Positions 18,831 to 27,479 of a DNA stretch of 44,230 nt are shown one piece after another. Position 1 is the stretch's first letter; each line of letters begins with the position of its first letter. The stretch is from Hyphomicrobiales bacterium (lineage in GTDB: Bacteria > Pseudomonadota > Alphaproteobacteria > Rhizobiales > Xanthobacteraceae). A program made the translations under genes and the position numbers. The notes under the pieces were generated by a model that ran no database searches, was not told where the DNA came from, and saw nothing but the letters and a program-made list of their open reading frames with translations. The stretch covers positions 1 to 44,230 of the forward strand of contig JANMSZ010000194.1 in the NCBI GenBank assembly GCA_031389925.1, written 5' to 3'.

Positions 18831-21332
18831 TCACTGGCCCGTCTGGCTCAGCGCCTGGCTGACCGTGGTCCCGCCGAGCGTACGCAAGCTCAACTGCAGC
18901 AAGACCGTGTGGTTGAGCACCGCGGCGCCGCTGCCGTAAGTGTAGCTTGTCACGTAATTCAAGCCCAAAATGAAGCAATCGTCCATATAGGCAAGGCCGA
19001 TCATGTTGGACGTGAAGGCGCGGTTGCGGACGTCGTAAAGGGCCGAGCCGCGCAATATCCAGTTGGCATCAAGCTTGACGGACGCGGTGCCGAGGAAGCC
19101 CTGGCGGCGGTCGTTGTAGCCGATCGCAGGCTGGGCGGCATAGTCCCCGTAGAGCAGGCTGGTGCTCCAGCGATTGAAGTTGGCGCTGACTTCGTATTCG
19201 GCGCGTTGCAACGTGAAATCTTGCTGGTCGAAACGGAAGCGCGACGTGAGTTTGTAGGTGCTGTTGGGCTGGTACGAGGCGCGCGCCACGTAGTCGGAGG
19301 CGCGGGTGTCGAGGCCGCTGTCGAGGCCGGTATTGGTGGTGGAGGCTTGCGCGAACGAGTTCTGCCCGAACAGCTGGTAGGACTGGCCGAACAGCATGTT
19401 GACGAAGCCGCCCTGGTTGAACTGGGCGGTGTATTGGGCGCCGTAGTTGGCGCGGCCGCCGCCTTCGACGCGGTCCATGCCGGAGAACTTGTCGACCCGG
19501 AACAGGTTGCTGTCGTCGAATACCAGCGTTTGCGCGTCTTCGTTCGGGAAGCGGCCGACCTGGGTTTCGTTCGGGCGCGCGATCACCTGGGCGATCGGCT
19601 CGATGGTCTGCGTGCCCCAGGCATGCGCGCTGATGAAGGGATAGCGATACTCCAACCCGACGGTCGGCATGGCGCGAACGAGGTTGCTGTCGCCGGTGTT
19701 GATGAAGTTCGACACGCCCGGGTCGTTCTTGACCTGGATCGACGCGGCGTCGGCGCGGACCTTCACGAACGGCGTGAACACCTGACCGAATCTGTCGGTC
19801 ATGCTGTGCCGCCATTCCGTCTCCGCCGTGAAGCGGCTGTAGGTGCCGGGAACGCCGCGCAGCACGCAGTTGGCGGAATTGCGCAACGCCGAATCCGCGG
19901 TCTGCGCGCACTGGCCGTTGCCCTGCGCAAGGCGGGTGATGGCGTCGAAGTTGGCTTCGTTGCGCGACAGACTGGTGAAATTCAATTTATAGCTCAGCTC
20001 GCCGCCGATGATCGGGCGGTCGAAGGTGTAGTTGTAATCTATGACCGGATGAACGACCGGGATCTGCGCCTGCACGTCGGCCGGCGAGAAGCCCAGGAAA
20101 TAGATCGTGCGCGCGTCGAAGAAACTGCGGTTGCCCATCCCGGTGAGATAGAGCTGCGAGTTTGCCGAGTTCTGCGCCTGCGAGAACGGGTCGGTGAAAC
20201 GATAGGCCGATAGGCGCGGGTTGTAGTCTTGCAGGTAGGTCTTGTCCGACAGCAGCACGCCGTCCCAGCCCCACAGCCAGTTCTTGTTGATGGCGAACTG
20301 ACCCGACGTTTCGAGGCTACCGCGGAAGTCGCGATAGCCGGGCGCGCTGACACCTGGGCTGGCGGGTTTGAAATATTCCTTGTCGAACTGCTTGATGCCG
20401 GAGACGCGGATGTCGTAGGCGCCGTTTTGCGTACGCTGACGGAATTCACCCTGCAGCAACGGCCCCTGCCTGGTCGTGATCATCGGCGAGAACGTCGCGT
20501 CGTAGTCCGGCGCCAGCGCCCAGTAATACGGAATTTCGACTGCCTGTCCGAACACGCGGCTTGAGCCGATCGAGGGCATCAGGAAGCCGGTCTTGCGCTT
20601 GACGGTCGGATCGGGCGCCGAGAAGTAGGGCATCCACGCCATCGGCATGCCGAAGAATTCGAGCTGCGCGTCCTCGAAATACATCATCTTTTCGGTTTGA
20701 TCGTGGATGACGCGCGCGGCTTTCACCTGCCACAGCGGCGGCTTTTTCGGATCGTCCTTGCAAGCCTGGCAGGCGGTGTAAACGCCGTTATGGAAGACGG
20801 TGTAGTTGCCGGCGCTGCGGTCGGCGCGCGTCGCCGCCATGCGCGTCTGATCGGGCGTGTCCAGGCGCAGTGAATCGACGAAGCCGTCGCGGTAGTCGTC
20901 GGACAAGTCCATGACTTCGCCGTAGGTGACTTTGCCTTCCTCTTCGGTGAGGCGGACATTGCCTTCGGCGTGCAGACGCTTGGTTTTCTGGTCGTAGATC
21001 ACGCGATCGGCTTCGATGGTGTTGCCGCCGTAATAGATCTGGACGTTGCCGACGGCCGAAACCTTGTTGTTGTTGTAGTCGTAGTTGATCTCGCGCGCCT
21101 GCACGAGCATCTGCTTCTGCGCGGCGCGCTCGATCGTCGCCTTGGATTTCGGCGGCGCCGGCGGCGCGGGCGGGAAGGCAAGTTCTTGCGCAAAGGCGGG
21201 CGCGAAAGGCGACAGGGCGTCAGGCAGCATCAAGCCGCCGCAGGCCAGAAGGCTGAGGACAGTCGCAAGACGCACAACGCCACGGCTTCGGGGCCGGTGC
21301 ACTGCGGGAGGAGCGTTAAGCAGCCCCGCCAT
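18831..21332 (-). CDS. lptD: LPS-assembly outer-membrane protein LptD
   Basis: OstA-like N-domain, YTACQAC, KRKTGFLMP, PNEDAQ, DRVEGGGRANYG, YMDDCF, LSLRTLG. ATG 21332 overlaps the lptG stop (TGATG). Confidence 0.94.
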   Translation of the reverse strand: MAGLLNAPPAVHRPRSRGVVRLATVLSLLACGGLMLPDALSPFAPAFAQELAFPPAPPAPPKSKATIERAAQKQMLVQAREINYDYNNNKVSAVGNVQIYYGGNTIEADRVIYDQKTKRLHAEGNVRLTEEEGKVTYGEVMDLSDDYRDGFVDSLRLDTPDQTRMAATRADRSAGNYTVFHNGVYTACQACKDDPKKPPLWQVKAARVIHDQTEKMMYFEDAQLEFFGMPMAWMPYFSAPDPTVKRKTGFLMPSIGSSRVFGQAVEIPYYWALAPDYDATFSPMITTRQGPLLQGEFRQRTQNGAYDIRVSGIKQFDKEYFKPASPGVSAPGYRDFRGSLETSGQFAINKNWLWGWDGVLLSDKTYLQDYNPRLSAYRFTDPFSQAQNSANSQLYLTGMGNRSFFDARTIYFLGFSPADVQAQIPVVHPVIDYNYTFDRPIIGGELSYKLNFTSLSRNEANFDAITRLAQGNGQCAQTADSALRNSANCVLRGVPGTYSRFTAETEWRHSMTDRFGQVFTPFVKVRADAASIQVKNDPGVSNFINTGDSNLVRAMPTVGLEYRYPFISAHAWGTQTIEPIAQVIARPNETQVGRFPNEDAQTLVFDDSNLFRVDKFSGMDRVEGGGRANYGAQYTAQFNQGGFVNMLFGQSYQLFGQNSFAQASTTNTGLDSGLDTRASDYVARASYQPNSTYKLTSRFRFDQQDFTLQRAEYEVSANFNRWSTSLLYGDYAAQPAIGYNDRRQGFLGTASVKLDANWILRGSALYDVRNRAFTSNMIGLAYMDDCFILGLNYVTSYTYGSGAAVLNHTVLLQLSLRTLGGTTVSQALSQTGQ

Positions 21333-22429
21333 CAACCGTCCTCCTGGTACAACAACGCAATAAACCCCGTCAGTCCCCCGACAAGCACAGGTAGCCAAGC
21401 CGCTGCCACAGGGTGCATCAGCTCAGCCTTGGCTAAGTCCTCGGTTACCTTGGATAAAACATAAAGCAGAAAGCCGGAGGCCATGCCACTCAAAACCATC
21501 TTTTGCACGCCGCCGAAGCGGAAGAACCGTAAACTCACAGCCGCGGCAAGGAAAACCATGGCGGCGAGCAAAAACGGCCGCGCCAGAAGCTTTTGGAACT
21601 GTAATCTATAGCCTGCGGCGCCAAGTCCTGCATGTTCCGCGATCTCGATATACGATGGAAGTTCCCAAAATGGCACGGTTTCGGGTGTCGCAAAGCTTTC
21701 ACGAACCTGCTCCGGCGTCAGCGAGGTCTTGAGCGGATACTCGGCATAGTCTTTCGGCAGCACGGCGAGCTCGTAGACGCGGGCGTTCTGGAGCTTCCAT
21801 ACGCCCGGCTCGAGGGTCGCGGCCTGCGCCTCGATGCGCCGCAGGAAGTGGCCGCCGGCGTCGAAGGCAAAGACCGATACGCCGTTGAGCGCCACGCCCT
21901 GGTCGCGGCTGGATTTGGCGCCGATGATCGCCTGACCGTCGGCCGAGCGCTGGTTGACCCAGAAATTCGACGTCGTGCCGCCGAGCCCGGACGGGTTCTG
22001 ATTGAACAGCTCGGCCTCGTAACGCTTCGACTGTTCCTGAAGGATGGCGGAGACCGGATTGTAGACGGTCGTCGCGAAAATCCCGATCAGGAAAGCCACC
22101 ACCAAAGCCGGCGACACGAATTGCCAGGCCGACATGCCGGCGGCGCGCGCGACCACCAGTTCGAGCCGCCGCGACAAATTCAGATAGCAGGACATCGCGC
22201 CGATCAGCACGCAGAACGGCATGATGCGCTCGGTCACCTGCGGCACGCGGTAGAACGACGTCTTCGCCACCAAAATCGCCGAGACGTTCGGGATGTCGCT
22301 GGAGCGGCGCATCATCTCGATGTAATCGATCAGCGCGACCAAGACGAAGATGCCGGCGAACACCATCACCACCGCGCTGAGGAAGCGCAGTCCGAAATAT
22401 CGTGCCAGTGTTCCGCCCAAAACCTGCAT
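21332..22429 (-). CDS. lptG: LPS export ABC permease LptG
   Basis: YjgP/YjgQ family; ELVVARAAGMSAWQ motif; 3+3 TM layout. Confidence 0.92.
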   Translation of the reverse strand: MQVLGGTLARYFGLRFLSAVVMVFAGIFVLVALIDYIEMMRRSSDIPNVSAILVAKTSFYRVPQVTERIMPFCVLIGAMSCYLNLSRRLELVVARAAGMSAWQFVSPALVVAFLIGIFATTVYNPVSAILQEQSKRYEAELFNQNPSGLGGTTSNFWVNQRSADGQAIIGAKSSRDQGVALNGVSVFAFDAGGHFLRRIEAQAATLEPGVWKLQNARVYELAVLPKDYAEYPLKTSLTPEQVRESFATPETVPFWELPSYIEIAEHAGLGAAGYRLQFQKLLARPFLLAAMVFLAAAVSLRFFRFGGVQKMVLSGMASGFLLYVLSKVTEDLAKAELMHPVAAAWLPVLVGGLTGFIALLYQEDG

Positions 22430-22448
22430 TTAATTCACTTGCATGCGG

Positions 22449-23615
22449 TTACTTCGTGGCCACGGCTAAACGTTGCGAAATGCGCTCGGTCACCATCGCG
22501 ATCCAGTTCATCAGGAAGGCCGGCGGCTCGAGGATGACGCCGGTCCGGATGATCCAGAGCCCGCCGCCGATGGCTACGGCGACCGCGATGTATTGCAGCA
22601 CCAGCATCGCCGGAACGGTGGCGCCGAACACGGTCGAGGTGAATCCGATCAGCCGCAGCAGGCCGACGCCGCCGACCGCGCCGACCATCGACAGCGTGCG
22701 GCTTTGCCGCGTGGTGCGCGGCGCGCCGAGATAGGCGAAGGCGATCACCACGAAAGCCAGCGGATACAGCGGTGCGATCAGGCGGTCGTGCAACTCGGCA
22801 CGGAACGGGCCCGGCTGCTCGATCAGGAACGGGTCTTTCGGATCGGGGAACATCAACTGCCAGAGATAGCGCTCGCGGATCGAGTATTTCACCGCCTGCG
22901 GGCCGCCGGAGAATTGCGACAGATCGAACGCGTAGCGCTCGAACTTCACCATCGCCGGGTCGCGTTCCTTGATCTCGTGGCGTTGCACGGTGCCCTGTTG
23001 CAGCACCAGGAACGTGCCGTTGTCGTTGTCGATCAACTCGCCGTTTTCTGCCAACACCGTCCGGCGTTCGTTCGGATCGCGCCGGTCGTCGAGGAAGATG
23101 CCGACCAACGTGCCGTTGTTGCGGCGTTCGCGGATGTGGATGGTGACGCCGCTTTCGATCGAGGTGAAGCGGCCGGGCTGCACGATGGTGCTCACGACAT
23201 TGGCGCGCACTTCGGTGAGCCAGTCGCGCAGCATGCGCAGACCCTTCGGCGCGCCATAGGCGCTGATCGCCGTCACCAAGATCGACACGACGATGGCGAC
23301 CGACAGGAAAGCGCGGAACAGCACCCACGGCGACATGCCGGCGGCGTTCATCACGATGATTTCGGAATCCGTCGACATTTTGTTGAGCGTGTGGGCGACG
23401 GCGATGAGCAGCGCGATCGGCGCGATCACCAGCACCAGCAACGGAATGATCAGCCCGGTGATGCCGACGAAGACCAGAATGGTCTGGCCCTGGCTGGTCA
23501 TCAGGTCGATATCGCGCAACGCCTGCGTGACCCAGATGACCGCGGTCAAGCTGACGAGCACGACAAGGAACGCACCGAAGGTGGTGCGAAAAATATAAGC
23601 GCCGATCGACCCCAT
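22449..23615 (-). CDS. lptF: LPS export ABC permease LptF
   Basis: DSEIIVMNAAGMS, QPGRFT, ELHDRL; upstream of lptG and divergent from pepA. Confidence 0.92.
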   Translation of the reverse strand: MGSIGAYIFRTTFGAFLVVLVSLTAVIWVTQALRDIDLMTSQGQTILVFVGITGLIIPLLVLVIAPIALLIAVAHTLNKMSTDSEIIVMNAAGMSPWVLFRAFLSVAIVVSILVTAISAYGAPKGLRMLRDWLTEVRANVVSTIVQPGRFTSIESGVTIHIRERRNNGTLVGIFLDDRRDPNERRTVLAENGELIDNDNGTFLVLQQGTVQRHEIKERDPAMVKFERYAFDLSQFSGGPQAVKYSIRERYLWQLMFPDPKDPFLIEQPGPFRAELHDRLIAPLYPLAFVVIAFAYLGAPRTTRQSRTLSMVGAVGGVGLLRLIGFTSTVFGATVPAMLVLQYIAVAVAIGGGLWIIRTGVILEPPAFLMNWIAMVTERISQRLAVATK

Positions 23616-23692
23616 CCGCAGCATCATCCCCCAAGTTGCGGCATGCCATCTCTGCCGTCCGGGATCCCCACCGGACGCGCAGCCCAAACATC

Positions 23693-23719
23693 GTAAACCC
23701 TACCCCCGTTAGGGTTTAC
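23693..23719. promoter_or_regulatory. Perfect 10-bp inverted repeat, candidate operator or hairpin
   Basis: GTAAACCCTA-N7-TAGGGTTTAC in the lptF/pepA divergent intergenic region. Confidence 0.45.
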
Positions 23720-24044
23720 CTTGATCCCTTCACAAAGTGGCCGTGCGAAGGCAAAGCGTTGAACATGCACAACGAAAAGTTAAGTGCGGCCCGAGAGTTA
23801 CACCACAATCCAAGCCCGCGGCGCGCGATTCTGGCAAGCAAATAGGGCGGTAGTGTCTAATTACCATGATGTTGGCCGCAGGCCTGTGAAAAGCCGCAAA
23901 ACGCCGCCAGTTTGGGCTTTCCAGCTGGCTACCGGCCGCGCCATATGAGCGGGGCGCGGACTCGCTACAGCCAGCGCCTCGGCCGGGCCTCCGCCTGGAA
24001 ACGCCCGCCTTAACCAATTGCCGTCCCAGCCTAAGGATTGCCCT

Positions 24045-25547
24045 ATGACCGACGCCTTGAAACTCGGCTTTGGCCCCTTCAATGCTCCGGCGAAGGGCGT
24101 TCTCGTCGTCTTTTGTGACGACGGCCTCAAATTCGGCCCCGCGACCACAAAAGCGCTCGGGTCGGCCATTGGCCTGGTGACGCGGGCGGCCAAGGCCGAG
24201 CGCTTCACCGGCAAGAGCGGCACGTCGCTCGGACTGACCGTGCCCGAGGGCCTCAAGGTCGACCGTCTCGCGGTGGTCGGCGTCGGCAAGGTCGCCGAAC
24301 TCGCGGCCAAGGACTTCCTCAAGCTCGGCGGCATCGCCATGGGCAAGCTGCCAAAGTTAGCCACGGACGGCGCGGTGTTCGCCGAACTGCCGAAGGGCGC
24401 GATGACGCCGGAGCAGGCCGCCGATCTGGCGCAAGGCGTGCAACTGCGCGCCTACGCCTTCGACCGCTACAAGACCAAGCATAAGGACGGCGAGAAACCG
24501 CCGGCCAAACGCAGCGTGACGGTCGCTGTCGGCGACGTCGCCGCCGCGCGCAGAGCTTTCGAGACGCGCAGCAGTGTTGCCGACGGCGTGGTGATCGCGC
24601 GCGACCTGGTGAACGAACCGGCCAACGTGCTCTATCCGGCCGAATTCGCGCGCCGCACTTTGGCGCTGAAGAAAGTCGGCGTCGCCGTCGAAGTGCTCGA
24701 CGTCAAGGCGATGAAAAAGCTCAGCATGAACGCGTTGCTCGGCGTCGGCCAGGGCTCGGCACACGACAGCCGTGTCGTGGTGATGCGCTGGAACGGCGGC
24801 AAGACGGGCGAGGCGCCGTTGGCCTTCATCGGCAAAGGCGTGTGCTTCGACACCGGCGGCATCTCGATCAAGCCAGCCGCCGGCATGGAAGACATGAAGG
24901 GCGACATGGCGGGCGCTGCCTGCGTGGTCGGCCTGATGCACGCGCTTGCGGCGCGCAAGGCCAAAGTGAACGCGGTCGGCTTGATCGGCTGTGTCGAGAA
25001 CATGCCGGACGGCAACGCGCAGCGTCCGGGCGACATCGTCAAATCCATGTCAGGGCAAACGATCGAGATCATCAACACCGACGCCGAAGGGCGCTTGGTG
25101 CTTGCGGATGTGCTCTGGTACGCCGCCAAGCGTTTCAAGCCGAAATTCATGATCGATCTGGCGACGCTCACCGGCGCCATCATCGTCGCGCTCGGCCAGG
25201 AATATGCCGGCATGTTCACCAACAACGACGAACTCAGCCATCGCCTGCACATCGCCGGCGAGGCGACCGGCGAACTGGTGTGGCGCATGCCGCTCAACCC
25301 GGCTTACGACAAGATGCTGGATTCCAAATTTGCCGACATGAAGCACACCGGCGGCACGCGCTGGGGCGGCGCCATCACCGCGGCGCAGTTCATCCAGCGC
25401 TTCGTCGCCGACAAAACACCATGGGTGCATCTCGACATCGCCGGCACCGGTTTCGATTCACGCCAGACCGACACCAACAAGAGCTGGGGCTCCGGCTGGG
25501 GCGTGCGGCTGCTGGATCGATTGGTGGCGGATCACTACGAGAAATAG
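24045..25547 (+). CDS. pepA: Leucyl aminopeptidase (M17)
   Basis: [51 protein letters not shown]. Confidence 0.97.
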   Translation: MTDALKLGFGPFNAPAKGVLVVFCDDGLKFGPATTKALGSAIGLVTRAAKAERFTGKSGTSLGLTVPEGLKVDRLAVVGVGKVAELAAKDFLKLGGIAMGKLPKLATDGAVFAELPKGAMTPEQAADLAQGVQLRAYAFDRYKTKHKDGEKPPAKRSVTVAVGDVAAARRAFETRSSVADGVVIARDLVNEPANVLYPAEFARRTLALKKVGVAVEVLDVKAMKKLSMNALLGVGQGSAHDSRVVVMRWNGGKTGEAPLAFIGKGVCFDTGGISIKPAAGMEDMKGDMAGAACVVGLMHALAARKAKVNAVGLIGCVENMPDGNAQRPGDIVKSMSGQTIEIINTDAEGRLVLADVLWYAAKRFKPKFMIDLATLTGAIIVALGQEYAGMFTNNDELSHRLHIAGEATGELVWRMPLNPAYDKMLDSKFADMKHTGGTRWGGAITAAQFIQRFVADKTPWVHLDIAGTGFDSRQTDTNKSWGSGWGVRLLDRLVADHYEK

Positions 25548-25562
25548 GGCGCAGCCCGCCCG

Positions 25563-25591
25563 TTGGTCCGGGCCGGAAAATGTGGTAGATT
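25563..25591 (+). promoter_or_regulatory. Candidate leaderless sigma70 promoter of the TA operon
   Basis: TTGGTC-N17-TAGATT with TG extension; 6 nt to ATG 25598; no SD; a GANTC site overlaps the -10. Confidence 0.5.
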
Positions 25592-25597
25592 CTAACT

Positions 25598-25819
25598 ATG
25601 ACCAAGGTTTTGCGAGAGGCGATTGCCAAAGTCGAGGCTCTGCCTGAGGCGGATCAGGACCGTATTGCTCGTGAGTTGCTCGATTATCTCAACAAGCTTT
25701 CTGCGCTGCGCGCCGATGTTGAAATTGGTATGCGTCAGATCGAAGCCGGCGAAAGCGCCGAACTAGATATTGAAGAGATCATCAAGCAAGCCCGTGACGA
25801 ACATGGCCGGGGCGTCTAG
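25598..25819 (+). CDS. Putative type II antitoxin (ParD-like C-terminus)
   Basis: 73-aa helical protein overlapping the toxin start; LSALRADVEIGMRQIEAGE resembles ParD toxin-binding helices. Confidence 0.7.
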   Translation: MTKVLREAIAKVEALPEADQDRIARELLDYLNKLSALRADVEIGMRQIEAGESAELDIEEIIKQARDEHGRGV

Positions 25820-26117
25820 ACGGCTTATTCGTTCCGCTGCCGCGAGGCGTGACTTGATCGATATCTGGAAATACGTCGCCACGGCATCGTCTGCCGTCAT
25901 GGCCGACAATCTTCTAGCAGAGATCGACCGCGCGACGTTGCGTCTCGCCAAGCATCCGTTCTCCGGTAGACCGCGCAACGACATCGCGGTCGGTTTGAGG
26001 TCTATTTTGGTGTCGCCATATCTCGTCATCTACTCCGTCACAGACACCGCAATCGAGATTGTTCGTGTGTTGCACGAGCGCCGCGACGTTTCCTCAGCTA
26101 TCCCGGAACTGCCATGA
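25803..26117 (+). CDS. RelE/ParE family toxin
   Basis: SAAARRDLIDIWKY, LAKHPFSGRPRNDIAVGLRS, YLVIY, IEIVRVLHERRD are typical of ParE. Confidence 0.88.
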   Translation: MAGASRRLIRSAAARRDLIDIWKYVATASSAVMADNLLAEIDRATLRLAKHPFSGRPRNDIAVGLRSILVSPYLVIYSVTDTAIEIVRVLHERRDVSSAIPELP

Positions 26118-26566
26118 CCGAAATTCTTTTCTACCACCTGCAAGGCCAGAAGCTCGAAGGCGTGCTGACGCCGCTGTTGGAGAAATCGCTCGAGCGCGGC
26201 TGGAAGGTGGTGGTGCAGGGCGCTTCCGAAGAGCGCATCGACGCGCTCGATGCGCATCTGTGGACCTACCGCGACGACGGCTTCCTGCCGCACGGCACCT
26301 GGCGCGAGCCCGATGCCGTGGCCCAGCCAGTGCTGCTCACGCTCAACGACGGCAATCCGAACGCGGCCGACGTGCGCTTTCTGATCGAGGGCGCCGCGGT
26401 GCCGGAAGACGCCGGAGGCTACCAGCGCATCGTGCTGGTGTTCGACGGCGATGACGACGACGCGGTCGCCGCCGCGCGGGCGCAATGGACCGACGCCAAG
26501 GCCAAGGGCTTTGTCGCAACCTATTGGCAGCCCGACGAAAACGGCCGCTGGGTGAAAAAGGCTTAG
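26114..26566 (+). CDS. holC: DNA polymerase III chi subunit
   Basis: MTEILFYHL, LLEKSLERGW, LDAHLWTY, FLPHG, ARAQW, YWQ; near pepA as usual. Confidence 0.94.
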   Translation: MTEILFYHLQGQKLEGVLTPLLEKSLERGWKVVVQGASEERIDALDAHLWTYRDDGFLPHGTWREPDAVAQPVLLTLNDGNPNAADVRFLIEGAAVPEDAGGYQRIVLVFDGDDDDAVAAARAQWTDAKAKGFVATYWQPDENGRWVKKA

Positions 26567-26582
26567 AGCGCCGACGAGGCGC

Positions 26583-26613
26583 TTGACAAAATACCCACCG
26601 ATAGGCTTATAGT
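26583..26613 (+). promoter_or_regulatory. Candidate sigma70 promoter with long spacer
   Basis: TTGACA-N19-TATAGT immediately after the holC stop. Confidence 0.5.
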
Positions 26614-26815
26614 CTATTTGTCCGATCCACCGAGGGGCAGGGACGACGGCCTACCCGGGGCCGATAAAGAACACGGGCGATGTCGCTTGCTCGGCCAATG
26701 GCCGATAGGCTGCCGGCCGACCATGCTGGCCGCCAGCCGCGGCTTGCCGCTGCCATGGTGATGACGCAAAATATGTCTTAAAGGACAAGAGCTTGGATTA
26801 ACCAGGGGAAATCGT

Positions 26816-27445
26816 TTGCCGCGTGCCAAAGTGATTTCGGGAATAGTGCTGGTCTGCGCCGCGGCTTTGGCCGTGGCCGGCTGCAAGAATTCCACGGCGA
26901 TATTCCAGGATCAAAACGACGGCGGCTGGTTTTCCAAGCCGGTCGAGATTTTCAGCAAGCCGGACTGGGCTAAGTCCTCCAGCGCCAGCACCGTCGCGCT
27001 TGGTCCCAGCGGCCCGGTCGGACCGGACGATCTGGTCGGCGCCGATGGGCGTTGCGGCGCGACCGCCTCGCCAGTGCAAGCTGCGGAACCGGCTCCGCCT
27101 GCCGACCGCGCGGTCGGCTCGGTCGCCGGCGATCTCGCCGGCACGCCGATGCCGGCCGGCACCGTCGCCGTCAACGCGCCGGGAGCCAGCGGTCCGACGG
27201 TGATGGGCGGCATCGCGCTCGGCATGACCGAGTGCCAGGCCGTTCAGCGCGCCGGCACGCCGGGCAACGTCAACATCGGCAGCGGCGAAAAAGGCGAGCG
27301 CAACGTGGTGCTGACCTATGTCAGCGGGCCCTGGCCGGGCATCTACCGCTTCAACGACGGCCGGCTGAAAGTCGTCGAGCGCGCACCGGCGCCGCCGGCC
27401 CCGCCCAAGGCGCCGCCGAAAAAGAAAAAGGCCGCCAAAAAATAG
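26816..27445 (+). CDS. Hypothetical lipoprotein with SmpA/BamE-like C-terminal motif
   Basis: AGGGGA RBS with TTG start, lipobox LAVAG-C, IALGMTECQAVQRAGTP, Pro/Lys-rich tail. Confidence 0.72.
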   Translation: MPRAKVISGIVLVCAAALAVAGCKNSTAIFQDQNDGGWFSKPVEIFSKPDWAKSSSASTVALGPSGPVGPDDLVGADGRCGATASPVQAAEPAPPADRAVGSVAGDLAGTPMPAGTVAVNAPGASGPTVMGGIALGMTECQAVQRAGTPGNVNIGSGEKGERNVVLTYVSGPWPGIYRFNDGRLKVVERAPAPPAPPKAPPKKKKAAKK

Positions 27446-27479
27446 GCCAAGAAAGAGGCCGCCGCGAATTGTCGAGCGA

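Noticed and set aside
25548-26120. TA pair as an IS or integron cassette
   Set aside because: No transposase, integrase, terminal inverted repeats or attC-like structure; the shared ATGACC at the antitoxin and holC starts is too short to call a target duplication.
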